Positions 59,686 through 64,000 of a stretch of 64,000 nt of DNA are shown piece by piece. Source of the stretch: Candidatus Levybacteria bacterium RIFCSPLOWO2_02_FULL_37_18. GTDB lineage: Bacteria; Patescibacteriota; Microgenomatia; Levybacterales; UBA12049. Under the pieces are notes generated by a model. That model searched no databases. It saw nothing but the letters and a program-made list of their open reading frames with translations, and had not been told where the DNA came from. Position numbers and translations under genes: made by a program. The stretch lies in the NCBI GenBank assembly GCA_001784115.1, contig MFPD01000011.1, forward strand, positions 28,869 to 92,868, given 5' to 3'. Each line of letters opens with the position of its first letter. Within the stretch, counting starts at the first letter, position 1.

Positions 59686-60953
59686 AAATAGGAATAATAG
59701 GTGCAGGATTTACTGGCCTTTCTGCAGGAATTCAATTATTAAAAAAAGGTCACAGCGTTACAATTTTTGAAAAAGATAAAAATCCAGGCGGCCTTGCCTT
59801 AGGATACAAAGAAAACAAGTGGCAATGGAGTCTTGAGGAACATTATCATCATTGGTTTACGAATGATTCTTATATAGTAGCTCTTGCTAAAGAAATTAAA
59901 CACGAAGTAATAATACAAGAACCAAAAACATCTGTATATGTAGACAATACGTCTTATCAACTTGATTCTCCTATCCGCGTTCTTAGTTTTCCCAAATTAT
60001 CTTTTTTTGAAAGAGTGCAAATGGGAATTGCTTTGGGAATATTTCGTTTTAATCCTTTCTGGAAACCTCTAGAACAATTTCGTGCATCCGACGTCTTATC
60101 TAAACTAATGGGAGAAGTCCCTTATAAACTTCTTTGGGAACCATTATTGAAAAATAAATTTGGTAATTATGCCGACGATGTTTCACTTGCGTGGTTTTGG
60201 GCGCGAATTTATAAAAGGACAAAAAAGCTCGCTTATCCTAAAGGAGGTTTTCTAGAATTCGCGAATAAACTTGTTGAATATATTAACAATTTGGGCGGAA
60301 CGGTAATTTACAATTCACCAGTAGAAAATATTAAATCCAACAATGATTCCGTAAGCATAAAAACAAATAACAAATCTCAGTCTTTTGACAAAATAATTGT
60401 GACGCTGCCTTCTCAATTATTTACTAAAACTGCTTCCATTCCTTTTGAATACAAGCAAAGTTTAGAACAATTAAAAAGTTTAGGAGCGGTAAATCTTGTA
60501 TTAAGACTTAAAGAAGAGTTTTTAAAAGACGGAACGTATTGGCTGAGTATGTGCGATGCCAACATTCCGTTTTTAGCTATTATTGAACATACTCACTTCA
60601 TGGATAAAAAATCTTATAACAACGAATATATAGTATATATTGGAAAATATCTCCCTAGTAGTGATCCTTTTTTTTCAAAATCTAAAGAAGAAATATTTAA
60701 TATATATGACCCGTTTCTTGCCAAGATTACCAAAAATTATAAAAAATCTATTATCGACTATCGAGTATTTAAAGCTCCGTTTGCCCAACCAATCATCCCT
60801 ATACATTATTCAAAAGTTATGCCATCATTTAAAACTCCTTTACAGGGCGTGTACCTTGCAAACATACAACAAGTATATCCCTGGGATCGAGGAACAAATT
60901 ATGCAGTTGGATTAGGTCAAAAAATAGCCACGTTTATTGAAAACGATAGATGA
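59682..60953 (+). CDS. FAD/NAD(P)-binding oxidoreductase (amine-oxidase/phytoene-desaturase-like Rossmann)
   Basis: MKIGIIGAGFTGLSAGIQLLKKGHSVTIFEKDKNPGG (GxGxxG + acidic residue + NPGG). ATGA overlaps on both sides link it to the upstream surface-protein gene and the downstream GT-C gene. Confidence 0.65.
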   Translation: MKIGIIGAGFTGLSAGIQLLKKGHSVTIFEKDKNPGGLALGYKENKWQWSLEEHYHHWFTNDSYIVALAKEIKHEVIIQEPKTSVYVDNTSYQLDSPIRVLSFPKLSFFERVQMGIALGIFRFNPFWKPLEQFRASDVLSKLMGEVPYKLLWEPLLKNKFGNYADDVSLAWFWARIYKRTKKLAYPKGGFLEFANKLVEYINNLGGTVIYNSPVENIKSNNDSVSIKTNNKSQSFDKIIVTLPSQLFTKTASIPFEYKQSLEQLKSLGAVNLVLRLKEEFLKDGTYWLSMCDANIPFLAIIEHTHFMDKKSYNNEYIVYIGKYLPSSDPFFSKSKEEIFNIYDPFLAKITKNYKKSIIDYRVFKAPFAQPIIPIHYSKVMPSFKTPLQGVYLANIQQVYPWDRGTNYAVGLGQKIATFIENDR

Positions 60954-62614
60954 AGAAAAAAATATCCATCTTGATAGTTTTTGTATTTGCAATTGCTTTT
61001 TTATTTCGCTTTTATAATATTCTATGGGGATCACCATACTTCTTCCACCCGGATGAAAGAAATATAGCTTATGCAACTGAGAGAATCCGTTTTCCAAATC
61101 AATTAAATCCCCAGTTTTTTGCGTATGGCAGTTTTCCGATATATGTCATTTATTTTACTGGTGTTTGCTTCAATTTCTTTTCTCACTTTTTGAACATAGA
61201 AAAAAATATTAGTGATATATTTTCTGTTTCATTCGAAAATGCGATATTTTTTGGAAGATTCTACAGTGCTGTTTTTTCGTTTATTTCTATTTTTCTGACA
61301 GTAAAGATCTACAAAAAAATAAGTAATAAAACACCAGGAACAATTCTTCTCATGTGGTTACTGACAACAAGTGCGGGATTTATTCAATTTGCCCACTTTG
61401 CTACATTCGAAATGTGGCTAACATTTTTCACCCTATTGCAGTTTTATTATTTATTAAAATTTTTTGAACAAAAAAAAGTTGTTTATTTTTCTATTTCATC
61501 TGTAATTTTTGGACTGCTTCTTAGCATTAAAATTTCCTCATTAACTCTTTTTCCTATTTCTCTTTTTATAATAAAAAAAACAAAATTGAACTGGAAAAAA
61601 AATCTTGTTATTTTTTTAGTAACTGCCTTTGTAACAGGTATTCTTACCTCGCCATTTTATGTTTTGGATTTTTCTACTTTTAAATCAAACATAACATATG
61701 AATCAAATGTTGCAACCGAAACGCTTCCTGTTTTTTATTCCGGACAATTTTTTTATACAATTCCTATTCTATTCCAGCTTACAAAAGTATATCCATTTCT
61801 CATAAACCCAATGCTAACTATATTATTCATCCCTTCTCTTTTGTATGTTACCATTATTGGTTTTAAAAAAACAAAAAATTCTTATCTCTTATTGCTTTTC
61901 ACTTATCTCTTACTTTTCCTTCCGCAATCATTTTTATTTGTAAAATGGACACGTTATATGGTTCCAACTCTTCCTTTTATCTATCTTATAATTACGATTT
62001 TTCTTTCTGAACTTTTGCAAGGACTACAAAAGAAAGTTCATTACTATTATATTAGTATAATAGTAATAATAACGATAACCATAAGTATAGGTTTTGCATT
62101 TTCATATTTTCTTACAGTTTATCTTAATCCAGATACACGGATTCAAGCAAGTAGTTGGGCGAGTGAACACATACCAAAGAATGCAAAAATTCTAAGCGAG
62201 GTTTATGATTTAGGAATCATTCCTTTTAATCAATATTTCCAAAATATCCAACTCTTTAATTTTTATTATCTCGACAATACAGACACCTCGGATGGTGGCA
62301 GACTGAGCTTGCGAAGCCATGACTCCTCCGAGGTAAATGACCTAGAACAAAAACTCAGAGATTCAGATTATCTAATTCTTCCAAGCCAACGAATACTAAA
62401 AAATAGAATTACAAATAAACAAAAGTTTCCGGTTGGATTTAAATTTTATTATAAACTTCTTTCCGGAAAGCTTGGATATAAAAAAATCTACGAAACACCA
62501 TGTGATATTTTTTGTAAAATAATATACATGGGAGATCCTGTTTTTAATATCGAAGAAACAGCAAATGTTTTTGACAGACCGATGGTATTTATTTTCAAAC
62601 ATGAAAAATTATAA
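60950..62614 (+). CDS. GT-C fold membrane glycosyltransferase (GT39/PMT-like), paralog 1
   Basis: FFHPDERNIAYATERIRFPNQLNPQFFAYGSFPIY loop-1 motif, >10 TM. Confidence 0.65.
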   Translation: MKKKISILIVFVFAIAFLFRFYNILWGSPYFFHPDERNIAYATERIRFPNQLNPQFFAYGSFPIYVIYFTGVCFNFFSHFLNIEKNISDIFSVSFENAIFFGRFYSAVFSFISIFLTVKIYKKISNKTPGTILLMWLLTTSAGFIQFAHFATFEMWLTFFTLLQFYYLLKFFEQKKVVYFSISSVIFGLLLSIKISSLTLFPISLFIIKKTKLNWKKNLVIFLVTAFVTGILTSPFYVLDFSTFKSNITYESNVATETLPVFYSGQFFYTIPILFQLTKVYPFLINPMLTILFIPSLLYVTIIGFKKTKNSYLLLLFTYLLLFLPQSFLFVKWTRYMVPTLPFIYLIITIFLSELLQGLQKKVHYYYISIIVIITITISIGFAFSYFLTVYLNPDTRIQASSWASEHIPKNAKILSEVYDLGIIPFNQYFQNIQLFNFYYLDNTDTSDGGRLSLRSHDSSEVNDLEQKLRDSDYLILPSQRILKNRITNKQKFPVGFKFYYKLLSGKLGYKKIYETPCDIFCKIIYMGDPVFNIEETANVFDRPMVFIFKHEKL

Positions 62615-64000
62615 AAATCACATTCTATTTTTAGTAATTCTTTTGATTGGATCATTATTTAGATTTTGGAACATGAACTGGGACGAAGGGTTTCATCTTC
62701 ACCCAGACGAAAGGTTTCTGACTATGGTTGGCAATTCCATGAGAATTCCAAATAACCTTTTAAGCTACCTAGACCCAAAAGTTTCAACTTTTAATCCTCA
62801 GAATATCAACTATCCCTTCTTTGTTTATGGAACTTTTCCCTTAGTGCTCAATAAAATAATAGTGTCGTTATTAAATAGCGATACTTATTTTCAATTTACT
62901 TTGTTTGGAAGAATAGTATCCGCATTTTTCGATCTTTGTATTATTGCACTTATTTACAAAACAGTTGAACTACTAGAGAAAAAATATAGACTATCAAGAT
63001 CGATTAAATTCCTCGCTAGTTTTTTTTATTCAATCACCGTATTTCCCATTCAGTTGTCTCATTTTTTTGCTGTTGATACTTTTCTTAATTTCTTCATGTT
63101 CGCATCTTTTTACTTTATTCTTAAGTATTCTTTTGAAAAAAAAATATCTTTTCTTGTGTTTAGTGCCATCCTAATGGGCCTTGCATTTGCATGTAAAATA
63201 ACTGCCGCCTTTATTTTCCCTTTAAATATGTTTTTCTTGTTTATAGGGAATAACAAGAATCATATTAGTAAAATATTTACTCGTAAGTTGTTCCAAACAT
63301 CTTATTCAGGATTCATATTATTCTTATTTTATGCCACTATAGTATATTTTACTCTTAGGATTGCTGATCCGTATATGTTTGAAAACAGCTCTATCTTACA
63401 CCCCGAAATAAACAAACTGTTTATCCAAAACTTGAAAACTCTTTCGACTTTAACAGGGAAAGGAGCAACCTATCCCCCAACAATTCAATGGATTAACAAG
63501 ACTCCCATACTTTTTAGTTTGACAAATATTATTGTTTTTGGAGTTGGAGTTATATACTTTTTATTTATACTCATAGGATTTTATACGTCTCTAAAGGTTT
63601 ATAAAAATATTTTTCGGACAATTCTTGTTTGGACAATCGGATTTTTTCTTTACCAAGCATCTCAATTTGCCCAAAGCATGCGGTATTTTATTCCTATTTA
63701 TCCGTTTCTCGCGATTTTTGCAGGAGTTGGTTTTTTCTACCTTACAAAAAAATGGAAAAAAATATTTGTTATACTTTTACTTATTGTTCCCCTTTTGTAT
63801 CCTCTTGCATTTATCTCTATATATAGAAACGAGACAACGCGGGTAACGGCATCAAAATGGATTTATAAAAATATACCCGACGGGAGTCTGTTACTTGGAG
63901 AACATTGGGATGATCCGCTCCCGTTATTAGTTACCAATACCAAACAAAAACAATTTATATCAGAAGCATTACCTGTTTTTGACATGGATACAAATGAAAA
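62601..64000 (+). CDS. GT-C fold membrane glycosyltransferase (GT39/PMT-like), paralog 2; runs off window end
   Basis: MKNYKNHILFLVILLIGSLFRFWNMNWDEGFHLHPDERFLTMVG..., same HPDER loop-1 motif as paralog 1. Frame open to the window end; start overlaps the upstream stop. Confidence 0.6.
   Translation, partial: MKNYKNHILFLVILLIGSLFRFWNMNWDEGFHLHPDERFLTMVGNSMRIPNNLLSYLDPKVSTFNPQNINYPFFVYGTFPLVLNKIIVSLLNSDTYFQFTLFGRIVSAFFDLCIIALIYKTVELLEKKYRLSRSIKFLASFFYSITVFPIQLSHFFAVDTFLNFFMFASFYFILKYSFEKKISFLVFSAILMGLAFACKITAAFIFPLNMFFLFIGNNKNHISKIFTRKLFQTSYSGFILFLFYATIVYFTLRIADPYMFENSSILHPEINKLFIQNLKTLSTLTGKGATYPPTIQWINKTPILFSLTNIIVFGVGVIYFLFILIGFYTSLKVYKNIFRTILVWTIGFFLYQASQFAQSMRYFIPIYPFLAIFAGVGFFYLTKKWKKIFVILLLIVPLLYPLAFISIYRNETTRVTASKWIYKNIPDGSLLLGEHWDDPLPLLVTNTKQKQFISEALPVFDMDTNE

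Overview
Low-GC (~37%) bacterial chromosome segment dominated by conserved housekeeping genes in a compact, Gram-positive-like arrangement. Called genes: rpoC(partial)/rpoB, alaS, metG, nusA-infB-(DHH-like)-rpsO-pnp, hrcA-grpE-dnaK-dnaJ with a CIRCE-like operator, groES-groEL, lepA, ftsK, rnj, murJ, rpsT, mltG, rodZ-like. The gene content and reduced metabolism suggest a Candidate Phyla Radiation/Patescibacteria-type organism (inference only). Accessory content is a cell-envelope island: a GT2 and three GT39/GT-C-type membrane glycosyltransferases, a WecA/MraY-family transferase, an Rv3806c-like UbiA-family phosphoribosyl (DPPR-type) transferase and a FAD oxidoreductase. Also present are surface proteins with Pro/Thr-rich stalks, PilN/PilO-like genes and a sortase. 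Decay and mobile-DNA signatures: (i) an argE-like M20 peptidase gene disrupted by four clustered in-frame stops, next to an N-truncated, frameshifted argF and an IS110-family transposase fragment; (ii) a truncated methyltransferase fragment bracketed by two ~100-bp MITE-like palindromic elements (a third copy lies near rpsT/pilN) with terminal inverted repeats, shared internal palindromes and flanking direct repeats; (iii) EcoRI-like (GAATTC/TTCTGAA/TTCGAA) simple-repeat arrays in many intergenic spacers, one of which appears in-frame inside lepA. Other points of interest: an AlaRS ending exactly at the catalytic-fragment boundary; a Lon-like AAA+ protein without a protease domain; a membrane-anchored ClpA/B-like ATPase with a degenerate NBD1; a YerC/TrpR-like regulator bracketed by a 24-bp perfect palindrome; and an actin-fold (FtsA/PilM-like) protein fused to a TM segment and large extracytoplasmic domain, located upstream of the sortase. 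No CRISPR array, rRNA or tRNA gene was recognised.
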